Source of the DNA: Ostreococcus lucimarinus
Taxonomy: Eukaryota
Assembly: GCA_000092065.1 (NCBI GenBank)
Contig: CP000596.1
DNA length: 64,000 nucleotides
Strand: one strand, 5' to 3'
This document shows, in pieces, positions 36,594 to 48,499 of this stretch; positions within the stretch are counted from its first letter, which is position 1, and every line of letters starts with the position of its first letter. Made by a program: the position numbers and the translations under genes. The notes beneath the pieces are model-generated. The model saw nothing but the letters and a program-made list of their open reading frames with translations, was not told the origin of the DNA and ran no database searches.

Positions 36594-37607
36594 TCACGTC
36601 GCCTTCTTCGAGCGCTTGGACGCGCCAGCCCCGGACGCGGGCGCGGCGGTCGACGCCTCTTGTTTTGCCGCGCTGCGTTCGGCGGCGGCGTCGCGTTTTT
36701 CGCGCTTCATGCCCTTCATCTTCGCCGCGCCGAGCGCCTCTAATCCGGTTTGCTTTTCCACGTACAGGCGACCCACCTTGCCCTCCAACATGTCGTGCGA
36801 CACGTTCTTTTGCTTTTTCGCCACGCGAGCTCGTTGGTAGGCCTCGCGTTTGACGTCCGGTGGCGCCTCGCGGTGACGTCCGCACGTGAAATCAAAACTA
36901 GGTCCCATCTCGGCGAGCTCGATCAAAGGCAACCGCGTGCCGGATTTCTTATACTTGATCGCGTACTGTCGAAACATCACGATCGGTGGTCCCCCGGGAT
37001 TAGCCAACGCCGTGCACACGATCGCCCGATCGATTCCTTTCAAATTTATCCTATCCACCACTCGTCCTCGAAATATATCGCTCATCACGTTTTTCACCAG
37101 TCGCAACCCGTCGTGCGTCTCGAAATCCTCCCCTTGAAAGCACAAGCACGGCTTACTTCCAGCCACCGCGTGCTTTCCCTCGCCCCCGAACGATTGCATC
37201 GACTTATAATTCCTCACCAACATCTCCACGCAATCGAACAGGTGATATTCAAAGAATCTGCCCGCCGTCAAGCAGTTCGGTCTCTTCTTTTGGTGCGTCC
37301 CGAGCAGAAACGCCCCCGCGTCCGCCTTCTTGGCGAAGAATTCCAGCGACGTCTCCCCCCCGCCCTCGAACGGACGTACCCCTGGGTTCTTTCGCGTCAT
37401 CTTGTGCGCCTCTTGGCCCTTGGTTCGCGCCAGGTCGGCGAGGAGACGCTTCAAAACTTCGGAACTGTTTTGCCCGTGCAGACACAGGGTGGTTTTGCCA
37501 GCCTTTTCGACCTTTTTCGGCGCGCGCGCGAGCAACGCGCGCTTGCCCGCGGTCGTGGACGCGCGTTTGATCTCCATTTTGCTCTCCATCGCGGCGCTGT
37601 CCGCCAT
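36594..37607 (-). CDS. RPF2: Ribosome production factor 2 (RPF2/Brix-domain protein).
   Basis: ...KTTLCLHGQNSSEVLKRLLADL...PFEGGGETSLEFFAKKADAGAFLLGTHQKKRPNCL...IELAEMGPSFDF... is the Brix/Rpf2 pattern. ATG at 37607. Confidence 0.85.
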   Translation of the reverse strand: MADSAAMESKMEIKRASTTAGKRALLARAPKKVEKAGKTTLCLHGQNSSEVLKRLLADLARTKGQEAHKMTRKNPGVRPFEGGGETSLEFFAKKADAGAFLLGTHQKKRPNCLTAGRFFEYHLFDCVEMLVRNYKSMQSFGGEGKHAVAGSKPCLCFQGEDFETHDGLRLVKNVMSDIFRGRVVDRINLKGIDRAIVCTALANPGGPPIVMFRQYAIKYKKSGTRLPLIELAEMGPSFDFTCGRHREAPPDVKREAYQRARVAKKQKNVSHDMLEGKVGRLYVEKQTGLEALGAAKMKGMKREKRDAAAERSAAKQEASTAAPASGAGASKRSKKAT

Positions 37608-37783
37608 GGCGGCCGTGCGCGGGCGAAAAGTGAGGTTCGTGGACGATGCGAACGCGCGTGGCGGCGGCGGCTGAAATTTGGCCTCGAGCCAGACGCGAGG
37701 TAGAACGACGACGAGAGCGACGCGCGACGACGCGTGGACGCCGGGACTTGGGAAAATACGTTAATAATAATACAACACTCGCG

Positions 37784-40630
37784 TCACGCGAGCTCGCTCG
37801 CGACTTCGCTCGGGAGTAAATTGGCGGATTTCAGGGCGTCCGTGGCGTCGAGCTTGATGATGGCGGCGCCCAGAGCCAAGGGATCCGAGCGCTTGGGTAA
37901 ATCGTTGACGGCGATGCGGTTGGAGATTCCGCCCGTGGTGGAGAGCAATACTTCATCCGTGACGTCGTCGCCGATGCGGTCGACGAGAGTGATGGTGGCC
38001 AGGGCGTCGTCGTCACCCTTTTTGAATTTCATGCACATGACGCCCGAGCGACCGCGGCCGAGCAGGCGGTACGAGTTCGCGGCGACCACTTTGCCTTTAC
38101 CTTTCTTCGTCGTAAATAAGATAAACGGACCGAATTCTTCGCTCGCGGACACCATGCGTTCACCTGGGACGATAGCCATACCGACAGTTTTCGGCGGCAA
38201 AAGTTCGCCGTCGTCTTCGTCGTCGTCTTCGTCGTCGCCCGCGTCTTCGACGACGGCTTCTGCCACCTTCTTCTCGCCCATGGTTTTGATGCCCGAGATT
38301 GGCCTGCACGCCGACTTCACGACTCGGAAGTCTCCGACACGGCAGTGAAGGATGAGCCCTTTTCCAGCTTTCCCGGTGCCTGTGATGAAGAGATGGTCGG
38401 ACGTGCGCGCGAACATCACTTGCTGCAACCTATCGCCCTTGTCGAGCGTGATCACCTTCTTACCCTTGTGCCCGAGCATGGACGCCGCGGACGCCACGGA
38501 TACCTTACCTTGGCTTGTTAACATCACCACCACTTGGTCGTCCGCTACTTCACCCTGTTTCATGTTCGTCGACAACATGGCGGTGACGTTTTGGTTGCGC
38601 TTTGCGAACGTGTTCAACAGACTGGTCGCTGGAACTCCTATCGTGTTCAGTTCGGATTGCGGAATCGCCTTCGCACTGAGCTTTTGGACTCGCCCTCGAT
38701 CGGAGAAGAATAATATTTGATCGCTGTCTTTGCAGTGCATGGCTTTGGAAAGCTCATCGTTGGCGCGGAGCTTGCTCATGCGCTTCCCTCGAGTGCCTCG
38801 ATTCTGCGCGCCAAAGTTCTTCGGGCAGATGCGCTTGACGTATCCACGCTCAGAGAGGGTCAAAATATTATCCTTTGGTGGCGAATCGTCTTCGACGCCG
38901 CTTAAAGATTCGATTTGCTCGACGGACGTACGTCGAGGACGCGCGAATGCCTCTTTCGCCTCCATCGCCTCTTGCACGAGGACGTCGATGACCTTTGACT
39001 TGTTGCTCAACAAACCTTGGAAGTGTGCGATCTGCTCGTTCAACTCCTTGAGCTCGGCGTCTAACTTATCCGCCTCGAGTCCGGTTAATCGACGAAGCGG
39101 CATGGCGAGAATCGAGTCGGCTTGGATGTCGGACAAACCGTGCGATTCGCGCAACTTTTTCGACGCCGACGGGCCGTCTTTCGATTTTCGGATAATCTTC
39201 ACCACTCCATCCGCGTCGGCGAGCACGATCGAGAAGCCTTCAACGAGATGCTTGCGATCTTGCGCCTTTGAGAGCATAAATCTCGTCCGTCGCTCGATCG
39301 TATCGACGCGAAACTTGATGAACTCGTCGAGAATCTGGCGAAGAGGCATCACCGTCGGCTTGTTGTCTATGAGCGCGACGTTGTTCACAAAAAACTTCAC
39401 TTCGAGCTTCGTCTTGGCGTAAAGCTCCTCCAGCACGCTCGCTGCATCATATCCACGCTTAATCTCGATCACGACGCGCATGCCATCGCGATCGCTTTCG
39501 TCGCGAATATCACTGATGCCGTCGATGGTGCGCCCGTTGACGTGGTCGGCGATTTGTTCCACCAACCTCGCCTTGTTGGTTTGGTAAGGAATCTCGCTGA
39601 TCACCACCGCGTCCTTATCCAGCGAACCGCGCGCCGCCGACACGCGCTCGATCGTCGCCCGCCCGCGAAGCGTCACCCCGCCCTTGCCGGTTTCGTAAAT
39701 TTCCTTCATCCCGCTCTTATTCGTCACCACCCCGCCCGTGGGGAAATCCGGCGCCGGCAGCAACGCCATGAGTTCGTCCAACGAGCAATCCGGGTTTTTC
39801 GCCAGCGCGCACAGCGCATCGACAGACTCACCGAGATTATGCGGCGCCATGTTCGTCGCCACCGCCACCGCGATCCCACTCGAGCCGTTGATCAAAAGAT
39901 TCGGCACCCGCGCCGGCAGCACCTCCGGCTCCGTTTGACTCCCGTCAAACGTCTCCGTGAAATTCACGCACTCGTTCCCGATGTCCGCCAACAACCCCTT
40001 CTCCGCCAACTTATTCAATCGGCACTCCGTGTAACGCATCGCCGCCGGCGGATCGTCGTCCAACGACCCAAAGTTCCCGTGTCCGTCCACCAACGGCGCC
40101 GACATCGAAAAATCTTGCGCCAACCGCACCAGCGCCTCGTACACCGATCCGTCCCCGTGCGGGTGATACTTCCCCAGCACGTCTCCCACCACTCTCGCGC
40201 ACTTTCGGTGCGGTTTATCCGCCCGCAATCCCAGCTCGTGCATGCCGTACAGGATCCTTCGATGCACCGGCTTCAGCCCGTCGCGCGCGTCCGGCAGCGC
40301 TCGCCCCACGATCACGCTCATCGCGTACGACAGGTACGACGTCTTCGCCTCGCTCGCCAGTTCAACGTCGATGATCTTCTCCTCCGCGCTTCCCGTCGCC
40401 GTCGCGTACGTTCGCGTCGCGCGTCGCGCCGTCGCGCGCGTCGTTCGCGTCGTCGTCGGTTTGAAATTTGAACCCATCGCGCGTCTTCGCCAACTTCTCT
40501 CGCGCGCGTCGCGCGTCGTCGCGCCTCGCGCCCGCGCGACGTCGCGCGCGGTCGTCGCCATCGCTCGACACGCGCGCGCGACGACGGACGCGCTCGAAGC
40601 GCCGAACGACCGCGCGCTCCGCGTCAACAT
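37784..40630 (-). CDS. gyrA: DNA gyrase subunit A, organelle-targeted.
   Basis: [53 protein letters not shown]...[23 protein letters not shown] is the GyrA N-terminus with the active-site Tyr region. The C-terminal beta-pinwheel repeats are present. The first plausible ATG is at 40630, followed by an S/T/R-rich transit peptide; the track start at 40999 is a TTG. Confidence 0.9.
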   Translation of the reverse strand: MLTRSARSFGASSASVVARACRAMATTARDVARARGATTRDARERSWRRRAMGSNFKPTTTRTTRATARRATRTYATATGSAEEKIIDVELASEAKTSYLSYAMSVIVGRALPDARDGLKPVHRRILYGMHELGLRADKPHRKCARVVGDVLGKYHPHGDGSVYEALVRLAQDFSMSAPLVDGHGNFGSLDDDPPAAMRYTECRLNKLAEKGLLADIGNECVNFTETFDGSQTEPEVLPARVPNLLINGSSGIAVAVATNMAPHNLGESVDALCALAKNPDCSLDELMALLPAPDFPTGGVVTNKSGMKEIYETGKGGVTLRGRATIERVSAARGSLDKDAVVISEIPYQTNKARLVEQIADHVNGRTIDGISDIRDESDRDGMRVVIEIKRGYDAASVLEELYAKTKLEVKFFVNNVALIDNKPTVMPLRQILDEFIKFRVDTIERRTRFMLSKAQDRKHLVEGFSIVLADADGVVKIIRKSKDGPSASKKLRESHGLSDIQADSILAMPLRRLTGLEADKLDAELKELNEQIAHFQGLLSNKSKVIDVLVQEAMEAKEAFARPRRTSVEQIESLSGVEDDSPPKDNILTLSERGYVKRICPKNFGAQNRGTRGKRMSKLRANDELSKAMHCKDSDQILFFSDRGRVQKLSAKAIPQSELNTIGVPATSLLNTFAKRNQNVTAMLSTNMKQGEVADDQVVVMLTSQGKVSVASAASMLGHKGKKVITLDKGDRLQQVMFARTSDHLFITGTGKAGKGLILHCRVGDFRVVKSACRPISGIKTMGEKKVAEAVVEDAGDDEDDDEDDGELLPPKTVGMAIVPGERMVSASEEFGPFILFTTKKGKGKVVAANSYRLLGRGRSGVMCMKFKKGDDDALATITLVDRIGDDVTDEVLLSTTGGISNRIAVNDLPKRSDPLALGAAIIKLDATDALKSANLLPSEVASELA

Positions 40631-40675
40631 GCACCGCGGCGCGCAGTGCGGCGTCAGAGCGCGCCGCGGCGCGCC
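40631..40675. promoter_or_regulatory. Ultra-short (45 bp) spacer between the divergent GyrA and LAS1 start codons.
   Basis: ATG at 40630 on the - strand and ATG at 40676 on the + strand. Confidence 0.3.
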
Positions 40676-42331
40676 ATGAGCGCGCGCCTGCAGCCGTGGG
40701 CGAGCGTCCGGGAGTGGCGCGACGTCCGCGACGCGCTCGCGCGCGCGACGGAGGACGAGGCGCGCGGCGACGGCGCGCGACGCGGCGCCGCCGGGGACGT
40801 CGAAATCGACGCCGCGCTCGGCGTCGTGCGCGCGTGGCGCGCGCGCGGGCGCGCGCCGCTCGCCGCGGACGTCACCGCGATGCTCGTGCGCGCGTCGCGC
40901 GCGCGCGAGGGCGTCGATCGAGGCGACGCGGACGCGGCGCGGTCGGCGACGGCGATGACGCTCGCGAGACTGGTGAACGGCGTCGTCGACCCGAAGCAAA
41001 AGGGACGGTACGCCGCGCCGATCGCGACGCTGGCGCGAGAGGTGGGACTGCCGCGATTTTTAGTGGATCTGCGACACGAGTGCGCGCACGGGACGATGCC
41101 GAGCGCGGGAGCGCTGCGGAGGGGCGCGCGGCGAGCGTTGGCGTGGTGTCGACGATGGTATTGGGACGAACAGGCGCGGGCGTTCGACGCGGCGTTCGAA
41201 CGCGTGCGGGGATGCGTGCGAGCGATGTGCGCGTGCGAAAAAGACGCGAGAGGGCTGCGGGCGCGGGAGGGACGGGGCGCGGTGGAGTCGTCGAGCGAGG
41301 AGATGGACGAGGACGGGGCGAGCGAGGGCGAAAACGCGGGACGGGAGAGCGAGGGCGGGACGTCGTTTAAGGACGTGCGAGAACGACGACGACGGGCGAT
41401 CGGAACGTTGAGCAGCGTGTGTCCGAAGGGCGCGGCGCACGTCGTGGCGGAGGCGTTGCTCGACGGGGGGTGGCTCCGCGTCGTGGAGGACGAGACGGCG
41501 AGCGACGTCGACGACGCCGACGAAGCGACGTTTCGCGCGAGCGCGGAAGATTGGCGGCCGACGCTCGAGCGACTGTGTCAGAAATGGACCGGTTTGTTCG
41601 CGTATCTGTTCGACGCCGCGATTCGAGGCGAGAAACCGGGAAACGATGTGGGGTTTCAAACTTTGTTGAGCGTCGCGGCGAGCGGCGACTTCGCCGCGAA
41701 CGGCGATCAGCGCGTCGCCGCGTTCCACGCGTGCAAACGCGCGCTCGCGAGCGTGCACGAAGACGATTGGAGCGATGACCCGGCGGTGGCGAAGAGAACG
41801 ATCCGGACGCTGCAAAAAATTGCCGGCGTGTCAAAGGATGAAATCAAATCCGCGTCGCGTCGCGGCGCGGCGCCCGCGGACGCGCTCGCGAGCGCGAGAG
41901 CCGACATCGAGGCGCTTCGCGCGACGCTTCAGTCCGGTCGTAAACGCAAGCGCGATTCGCGCTGGGAACGGGCGGAAGATTGGACGCCGTCACCCATAGG
42001 CGTCGTCGCGGGCGTCTCGGCGCGCGCGTTGGTCGACGTCGCGCCGTCGTCGCGAACGATTCGCGTCACATCCGGTGTCAGCGCGTCGAGCGACGCGGGG
42101 TATCGAAGCGCCACGAAATCGGCGACGTATCCACGCGGCGACGACGGTGACGACGACGACGCCGCCGACGACGACGAGGACGAAAACGACGACGAGGACG
42201 AAAACGACGACGGCGGCGAACCGTCCGAACGCGTCGGCGTCGCCGCCGCGCTCAACGTCGCCGGCGGTCGCGTGGAGCTCTCAAAATCGCAAGCCGCCGC
42301 CGTGGCGGCGTCTGTGGCGTGTCTGCTTTAG
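40676..42331 (+). CDS. LAS1-like pre-rRNA processing protein with a C-terminal acidic tail.
   Basis: [17 protein letters not shown] and [38 protein letters not shown] match the Las1 signature (PWrs.eEW..., RHeatH..lPsl..L...a.raL.WL...YW). The C-terminus is D/E-rich. The first ATG is at 40676; the track start at 40646 is a GTG. Confidence 0.7.
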   Translation: MSARLQPWASVREWRDVRDALARATEDEARGDGARRGAAGDVEIDAALGVVRAWRARGRAPLAADVTAMLVRASRAREGVDRGDADAARSATAMTLARLVNGVVDPKQKGRYAAPIATLAREVGLPRFLVDLRHECAHGTMPSAGALRRGARRALAWCRRWYWDEQARAFDAAFERVRGCVRAMCACEKDARGLRAREGRGAVESSSEEMDEDGASEGENAGRESEGGTSFKDVRERRRRAIGTLSSVCPKGAAHVVAEALLDGGWLRVVEDETASDVDDADEATFRASAEDWRPTLERLCQKWTGLFAYLFDAAIRGEKPGNDVGFQTLLSVAASGDFAANGDQRVAAFHACKRALASVHEDDWSDDPAVAKRTIRTLQKIAGVSKDEIKSASRRGAAPADALASARADIEALRATLQSGRKRKRDSRWERAEDWTPSPIGVVAGVSARALVDVAPSSRTIRVTSGVSASSDAGYRSATKSATYPRGDDGDDDDAADDDEDENDDEDENDDGGEPSERVGVAAALNVAGGRVELSKSQAAAVAASVACLL

Positions 42332-42368
42332 CGCATAGCCTGTAATTCTTAAAATTAATTGTTGTACT

Positions 42369-43052
42369 CTACTTCGCGTACACGAGCGTGAGATTATTCG
42401 CCGGCATTTCCACCGGCGACTTCATCCCGTCCACAGACGCCGGCGTCAGCCCGACCGATCTCGCCTGTTCGTCCATCCACTCCAAATCCACCAGCCCAAA
42501 GTTCTCCGGATCCTTCAATCGCAACGACGCGTCGAACCGGGCGTCGCCCTCGGATCGAAACTCGCCGCCGACTTTAAACGGCCCGTACACGAAAACCAAT
42601 CCACCCTTCCTCAACGCCTTCGCGCTCCCCGCAAACATCCCCAGCGTCGCCGCGCGACTCGATATGTGCGCCACATTCACCATCAGCACCCCATCCAACG
42701 ATTCCGCCTCCACGACGTCCGCCATCGTCGTCGCGTCCATCGTCCGCGGCGCCGCGCACGTCCCGCTCGCCCCCGCGTCCGCGCAATTCTCCATCACCGC
42801 CGCGAACGACCCGTCGTGGTCGCACACGTCCGTCGGGTAATACCTCTTCAGGCACGCCGCGCCGCTCGCGCGCAGGATCTCCGCCGCGTGCGCGCCGACG
42901 CCGCAGCCGAGTTCGAGCAGCTCAAACTTTTTCTCCCGTCCCGCGCTCGAGCTTCGCACGAACGCGTCGACGACGCGCGCGACGTGCGCCTTGTTCCGCT
43001 GCGCCGCCGTCGCGCTCACCGCGATGTTAAACCTCTCCGCGCCGCGCGTCAT
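42369..43052 (-). CDS. DUF938 / METTL26-like SAM-dependent methyltransferase.
   Basis: ELLELGCGVGAHAAEIL is methyltransferase motif I. ...GLVFVYGPFKVGGEFRSEGDARFDASLRLKDPENFGLVDLEWMDEQARSVGL is typical of the DUF938 family. ATG at 43052. Confidence 0.75.
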   Translation of the reverse strand: MTRGAERFNIAVSATAAQRNKAHVARVVDAFVRSSSAGREKKFELLELGCGVGAHAAEILRASGAACLKRYYPTDVCDHDGSFAAVMENCADAGASGTCAAPRTMDATTMADVVEAESLDGVLMVNVAHISSRAATLGMFAGSAKALRKGGLVFVYGPFKVGGEFRSEGDARFDASLRLKDPENFGLVDLEWMDEQARSVGLTPASVDGMKSPVEMPANNLTLVYAK

Positions 43053-43118
43053 CCCGCGCGCGCGGCGTCGTGACGCCGCAGAATCCGACGCGAAAAAGCG
43101 CGCGTCGTCCCGGCGCCG

Positions 43119-46100
43119 ATGCGAAACTGCCGCGTCGCGTCGTCGCGCGCGCGCCTGCGCCTCGGCCTCGGCGACGGCGACGGCGACGACGCGCGCGTCC
43201 TCGGCGGCGCGTTCGACGACGAGCGCGACGCGCTCGAGGCCGCGACGGCGACGCGATGCGCGACGACCGGCGGCGCGGTGATTTCGCTGCGACGCTTTCG
43301 CGTCGCCGACGGCGTCGAGCTCGAGCCCGCGCGCGCGTGCGAGACGCGCGGTGATGACGTCGCGTGCGTCGGCGTGGCGTGCGTGCGAGAGACGGACGAG
43401 ATCGTCGCGGCGTTCGCGTCGGGGGAATTCGCGGCGACGCCGCGGGCTCGGGACGCGAACGACGACGGGTGCGACGTCGTCGGTGAGATACCGTGCGGCG
43501 TGCGCGCGTTCGCGTGGTGCCCGGACGGAGAGACGTGCGCGGTGATGAGCGCGGAGGGACGCGTGGTGATCATGACGAGGGATTTTTATCCGGTGAGCGA
43601 GACGCGCGGGGACGGCGGGGCGGACGACGAAGACGCGGCGAACGAGACGACGAGCGGAGCGACGATCTCGTGGCGGGGAGACGGACGGTATTTCGCGTGC
43701 AGCTCGACGAACGCGAAGACGGGAGAGACTACGATGCGAGTGTGGGAGCGCGAGGGCGCGCGCGTGGAGAGCGTGGGGGAGACGAGGACGGCGTCGAGCG
43801 GGACGCCGGCGACGCTCGCGGCGGGCGACGGGACGCCGGCGTTGGCTTGGCAGCCGCGAGGGGCGTTGATCGCGGCGGCGGCGCGATCAGAATGTGATGT
43901 GAGCGATCGCGTGGTGTTTTACGAGCGGAACGGGCTGCGACGGGGGGATTTCGTGCTTCCAGGGGAAGGCGCGGAGATTACGAGTCTGGCGTGGAGCGCG
44001 GATTCGGCGTGCTTAGCGGCGGCGACGCGGTATCGCGACGGCGCGCACGCGGTGCAGATTTGGACGCGATCAAACATGCATTGGTACTTGAAACACGAAA
44101 CGCGGTATCCCGCGCGCGAGGGCGTCGTGCGCATGGAGTGGGACGCCGAACGCGGAGACGTGTTGCGCGCGTACACGGAACGCGGAGCGATCCATCGTTA
44201 CGACTTGTTTTGGGAAACCACGGTGAGCGATCGAGGGACGTGCGCGGTGATCGACGGCGACTGCCTCATGCTTACGCCCATGTTTCGCACGCCCGTGCCG
44301 CCGCCGATGTGCGCGGCCAAGGTGGTGTTTAGCGCCCCCGTAATCGCCGCGGCGTTTCAACCGGCTCGAGCTTCGCGAAATGAAACAGTCGTCGCGCTGT
44401 TATCGACCGGCGAACTCGCGTACGCGACGAGCGACAGCGGTACGGATTGGGCGTTGACGGCAGATAATTTCGCCGATAGTGAACGAGCCGCGACCTGGGC
44501 GCGGTGGTGCGACAACGAAATACCCGCGACGCCGTACTCGAGCGTCGCCGTCGCCGACGCCGCCGTCGAGCATTTGGCTTGGGTGCGCGATGACCACTTG
44601 ATTGTCGCCGCGGCGCGCGAACACGAGACCGAATTATTGCTCGTGCCTTTCGACGAAACGAAAACGCCGGGCGAAGACGCAATGAGTCGACGAATCGTGC
44701 CGGTGGCCGTCGGAGCGTTGACGAGCGCCAACGGCGTCGCGTTCGCGGTGGCGCGAGATTCCGCCGACCTATACCAAGTGGACGTGACGGATACCATCGC
44801 GGCGGGAGGCAACGCATTTGACGATGCGTGGCTCGTGCGCTCGCACGGCGTGCCAAGCGCGGGCGGCGAGACTCTGAAAATAATCTCCTCGCGAGGATTA
44901 GACGTTGGCGATCGCTACGCCTCGGCGCTGGGAACGTCCGCGGATCGACCAAGCGGGGCGCTGGTCACGCTTGACGATCGAGGAAATCTCAGAATTGGAA
45001 ACATACTCGTTGCGCCCAGAGTCACGTCGTTCGCGACGCACGTTTTCGGTGCCGATGGATGCGCGGTGACGACGCCCGAGGAGAGTGCAGAGGTGGCGGC
45101 GGCGGCGCGCGATTCCTCGCGTTGGCTTCCTGACGCCGTCCCATCGGCACGCGTGTGCTACATTACCCGAGACAATCAGCTCTTTGTCGCTGAAGTCGAC
45201 GACGTGATAGCCAACGGCGGAGGACGCGCCCGAGTCGTGGGTGAAGTCGCTGCGGACGACGCGCACATTGGAAATTGGCTGGCCGAGCGTTCTGCGGCGG
45301 ATGGCGCACGCATGGGCGAGCTCGCGTTTAGCGATTTGCACATGCGCATGCGCCGTGCGATGCGCCCCGAAGCGGCAAAAGTTGCCGCGGACGCGACGAC
45401 ACGACAAGTCGAAGACGGTGCTCGCATTGTCGCGTGCGCGCCGGGAACGACGAGCGTGGTTTTACAAATGCCGCGCGGGAATTTAGAGACGGTGGCACCG
45501 AAGGCTTTGGTGTTACCCGCGACGGCGTGTGCGCTACGCGCAGGTAGATATGGTGATGCCTACGCGCTCGCAGCGAGGCAGCGCGTGGATTTGAATCTCA
45601 TCGTCGATTACGGGTGGCCAAATTTCTTGAACGCCGCCGACGCCTTCGTGCGAGACGTCGACAGCGCGGACGCGGTGATGGAACTTCTTGAAGCGCTCGA
45701 TGACGGCGATGTCACGGCGCCTGGTGGAATTTACGAAGATCTCGTACGATTGTATCCGCCTCGCTCGAGCGATGCAGGCGCAGGCGCGAACGAGCGGCCG
45801 AACAAAGAATCCAAGGTACAAGCCGTGTGCGCGGCTATCAGAGCGGCGATCGAGACGCACGTCGGCACTGGTGGCGCCGCGAGTGTCGGTCGTTGGGAAT
45901 TAGCCGCATTGACATCTTACGCTTCCGGCGAGAATCCCGATTTGGCTTCAGCGCTTCGTCGCGTCGCCGTATTGCGTGAGCGCGAGTTGGAAGACGCGGC
46001 GTCGAACGCGCTCGTCTCGTCGTCGTCGAAGAACGAAGGTGGGCGCGCCGTCGACGCGGCGGCGGCGTTGAAGCATTTACTCTTTTTGGTCGGCGGCAAG

Positions 46101-47465
46101 ACTCTATATTCCGCTGCTTTGGGTACTTGCGATCTTTCGCTGGCGTATCTCGTCGCGCAACACGCGCAGATGGACCCGGGGGAGTACATGTCCGAGTTGC
46201 AAGAATTCCAAGCCATGCGCGAGCACGAGCGCCGCGCCGAAATCGCCAAACGGCTCGGTCGTCACGAGGACGCCATCACGGAATACTTGTTGGATGATAA
46301 TGTCTCCGCCGCTGGTAGCGTCGCCGCCGAACGTAAAATGTTCCCTTGGGCACTCGCGGAAGCGAAACGATTGAACCTCGCGGACGCCCGGCGCGCACTG
46401 CTGTTGCGGCACGCCGAACATTTGTCGTCGAGCATGCGTTCTGAAGACGCCGCGATCGCTCGCCTCGCCGCTGGTGATCTCACTGGAGCATTAGACGAAT
46501 ACCGCGCCGGACTTTCGTGGCGTCAGGCGCTCGCGCTGGCGAACCGATTGGAAATGCCCACGAACGCGGTGCGCGACATCGCGGAAGAGCTGTGCGAGTC
46601 TCTCACGCTGTCGGATCCTCTCGCCGCCGCGCGCGTGGCGAGCGGGTATCTTCAAGACATCGACCGCGCGGTTGAGTTATTCGCAAACGCTGGTGCGTGG
46701 CGAGAAGCGTGCGAGACGGCATACGCGAAGAATCGCGCAGATTTGATGCAAACCACCATCGCACCCGCGTGCGCGGGCGCGGCGAAGGAACATTTCGACG
46801 CGTTCAAGGAAAACAAGTTGCGCTCGGAAAAGTACGTCGAGCGTCTTCGTGATTTGCGCAAACACCGCGAGCGAGCTGAGTTAGCGCTCGACGACGGCGG
46901 ATGGTCCGAACTCGGCGGTCGCCCTCGAGCCGGCGTCGGCGCCGACGGATTGGAGGACGACGACGCGATGAGCGAAGCGCCGAGCCTCGCGAGCGACATG
47001 AGCGCCTACACCGATCGCACAGGCTTGACGTCTGTCGTGAGCGGCACGTCTGCGGCATCCACAATCGGCGGTCGCAAAGGCAAGAAACGAAAAGACAAGA
47101 AGAATAAAAACAATCGTAGCGGATTACGTGCGGGGTCTCCGACGGAGGAGCGCGACTTGGCGCTTCACGTCATCGCGCTCGCGCCCGTGAACAAAACCCT
47201 GGAAGAAATCGGCGAGTTGCTCGAGCTTCTGGTGAGTTTAGGACACGAAGACGACGCGCGCGCCTTACAGCGCGTCGTCAGTGAAGCCGTCGACGCCGCA
47301 TCTCGCGCGAAAGTTGACGCCGAGACGAGTCTGGGAGAACTTATCGAGCGAGCGAAAAAAGCGGGCGAAAGCGTCGAGGCGTTCGAAAAGCACGCGAGTG
47401 CGTTCGACGCGACGCCAGAGTGGAAGTGGTCGCTCCTTCGCGCGGCGACGGGATCGAGCGAATGA
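43119..47465 (+). CDS. ELP1: Elongator complex protein 1 (ELP1/IKI3).
   Basis: A 1448-aa single exon. The N-terminal WD-like region includes ...CGVRAFAWCPDGETCAVMSAEGRVVIMTRDFYPVSE (compare yeast GIKCARWSPDQEMLILVTGSFNVIFMTKDFLP). The C-terminal IKI3 helical region reads ...RKHRERAELALDD.... ATG at 43119, only 66 bp from the divergent methyltransferase start. Confidence 0.85.
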   Translation: MRNCRVASSRARLRLGLGDGDGDDARVLGGAFDDERDALEAATATRCATTGGAVISLRRFRVADGVELEPARACETRGDDVACVGVACVRETDEIVAAFASGEFAATPRARDANDDGCDVVGEIPCGVRAFAWCPDGETCAVMSAEGRVVIMTRDFYPVSETRGDGGADDEDAANETTSGATISWRGDGRYFACSSTNAKTGETTMRVWEREGARVESVGETRTASSGTPATLAAGDGTPALAWQPRGALIAAAARSECDVSDRVVFYERNGLRRGDFVLPGEGAEITSLAWSADSACLAAATRYRDGAHAVQIWTRSNMHWYLKHETRYPAREGVVRMEWDAERGDVLRAYTERGAIHRYDLFWETTVSDRGTCAVIDGDCLMLTPMFRTPVPPPMCAAKVVFSAPVIAAAFQPARASRNETVVALLSTGELAYATSDSGTDWALTADNFADSERAATWARWCDNEIPATPYSSVAVADAAVEHLAWVRDDHLIVAAAREHETELLLVPFDETKTPGEDAMSRRIVPVAVGALTSANGVAFAVARDSADLYQVDVTDTIAAGGNAFDDAWLVRSHGVPSAGGETLKIISSRGLDVGDRYASALGTSADRPSGALVTLDDRGNLRIGNILVAPRVTSFATHVFGADGCAVTTPEESAEVAAAARDSSRWLPDAVPSARVCYITRDNQLFVAEVDDVIANGGGRARVVGEVAADDAHIGNWLAERSAADGARMGELAFSDLHMRMRRAMRPEAAKVAADATTRQVEDGARIVACAPGTTSVVLQMPRGNLETVAPKALVLPATACALRAGRYGDAYALAARQRVDLNLIVDYGWPNFLNAADAFVRDVDSADAVMELLEALDDGDVTAPGGIYEDLVRLYPPRSSDAGAGANERPNKESKVQAVCAAIRAAIETHVGTGGAASVGRWELAALTSYASGENPDLASALRRVAVLRERELEDAASNALVSSSSKNEGGRAVDAAAALKHLLFLVGGKTLYSAALGTCDLSLAYLVAQHAQMDPGEYMSELQEFQAMREHERRAEIAKRLGRHEDAITEYLLDDNVSAAGSVAAERKMFPWALAEAKRLNLADARRALLLRHAEHLSSSMRSEDAAIARLAAGDLTGALDEYRAGLSWRQALALANRLEMPTNAVRDIAEELCESLTLSDPLAAARVASGYLQDIDRAVELFANAGAWREACETAYAKNRADLMQTTIAPACAGAAKEHFDAFKENKLRSEKYVERLRDLRKHRERAELALDDGGWSELGGRPRAGVGADGLEDDDAMSEAPSLASDMSAYTDRTGLTSVVSGTSAASTIGGRKGKKRKDKKNKNNRSGLRAGSPTEERDLALHVIALAPVNKTLEEIGELLELLVSLGHEDDARALQRVVSEAVDAASRAKVDAETSLGELIERAKKAGESVEAFEKHASAFDATPEWKWSLLRAATGSSE

Positions 47466-47635
47466 ACGAGCGACGTAGATGATAGAGAGGATATTTAGAT
47501 TTGATAGCGCGCGCTTCGCGCATGTGTGAAATTTCAAAAGCCGACGGATGACGTCGACGAGTAATTAAGAAGTTGTCGTTGTGTTTTATCGTCTCGTAAG
47601 TAACGAAATCAGACTCGCGCTCGCCCGCTCGCGCG

Positions 47636-48499
47636 TTATCGCACCACATCGACGACGAGCTTGCGCGATTTCAAGTGACTCCACGCCCAGCGCTTGTAGT
47701 ACACCGCTTGCACCGCGACGAGCGACAGGGCAAAGATCCACTTCGCCCCCATGAGCTTACGATCGTCCATCTCCGGCTCCGCCGCCCAGGCCAAAAACGT
47801 CGTCACATCTTTCGCCATCTGCGTCTCCGTCGCGGGCGTCCCATCATCGTACTCCACCCCCCCGTCGACTAACATCTTCGGCATCGCGATGAACCCCCCG
47901 GGAAAGTACGGATTGTAATACATCCCCCCCGGCACCTCCACCCCCGCCGGCGGTTCCCGATACCCGAGCAACAGCGCGAACACATAATTGATCCCATCGT
48001 GTCTCGCCTTCGTCATCAGCGATAAATCCGGCGGATACGCGCCGTTATTCGCGAATCGCGCCCCCTCCTCGTTCGCGTACGGCGCCGGTATCCCGTCGCT
48101 CAGCTTCCCCGGTCTATCGAACATCTCCCCCGTATCGTCCGGCCCGTCCCTCACCTCGACTTCCTCCGCCAGCGCCTTCGCTTCCGCCTCCGTGTACGCC
48201 ACGCCGACCAAATTTCTGTACGCAATCTGATTCAACGAGTGACACGCCGCGCACACCTGCGTGTACACCTGATGCCCTCGTCGCACGCTCGCGTGGTCGT
48301 AGCTCGAGAACAACCCATCGTGCGGCCACTCGTACCGCGGCAGCGCCAGCCCGTGCTCGGCCTCGTCCGCGACCGCCACCGCCGCCGTCATCCCGCACGC
48401 CGCCGCGCCGAGCGCCGCGAGCGTCGAGGTTTTATCGCCGGACGCGCGCGACGCGATCGCGGCCGATCGTCGCGCGAGATCGCGCAGGTGCGCGCGCAT
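47636..48499 (-). CDS. Cytochrome c1, mitochondrial.
   Basis: The heme-binding site [11 protein letters not shown] (CxxCH) is present, with ...[12 protein letters not shown]...[10 protein letters not shown] and a C-terminal TM anchor [23 protein letters not shown] at 48499. Confidence 0.9.
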   Translation of the reverse strand: MRAHLRDLARRSAAIASRASGDKTSTLAALGAAACGMTAAVAVADEAEHGLALPRYEWPHDGLFSSYDHASVRRGHQVYTQVCAACHSLNQIAYRNLVGVAYTEAEAKALAEEVEVRDGPDDTGEMFDRPGKLSDGIPAPYANEEGARFANNGAYPPDLSLMTKARHDGINYVFALLLGYREPPAGVEVPGGMYYNPYFPGGFIAMPKMLVDGGVEYDDGTPATETQMAKDVTTFLAWAAEPEMDDRKLMGAKWIFALSLVAVQAVYYKRWAWSHLKSRKLVVDVVR

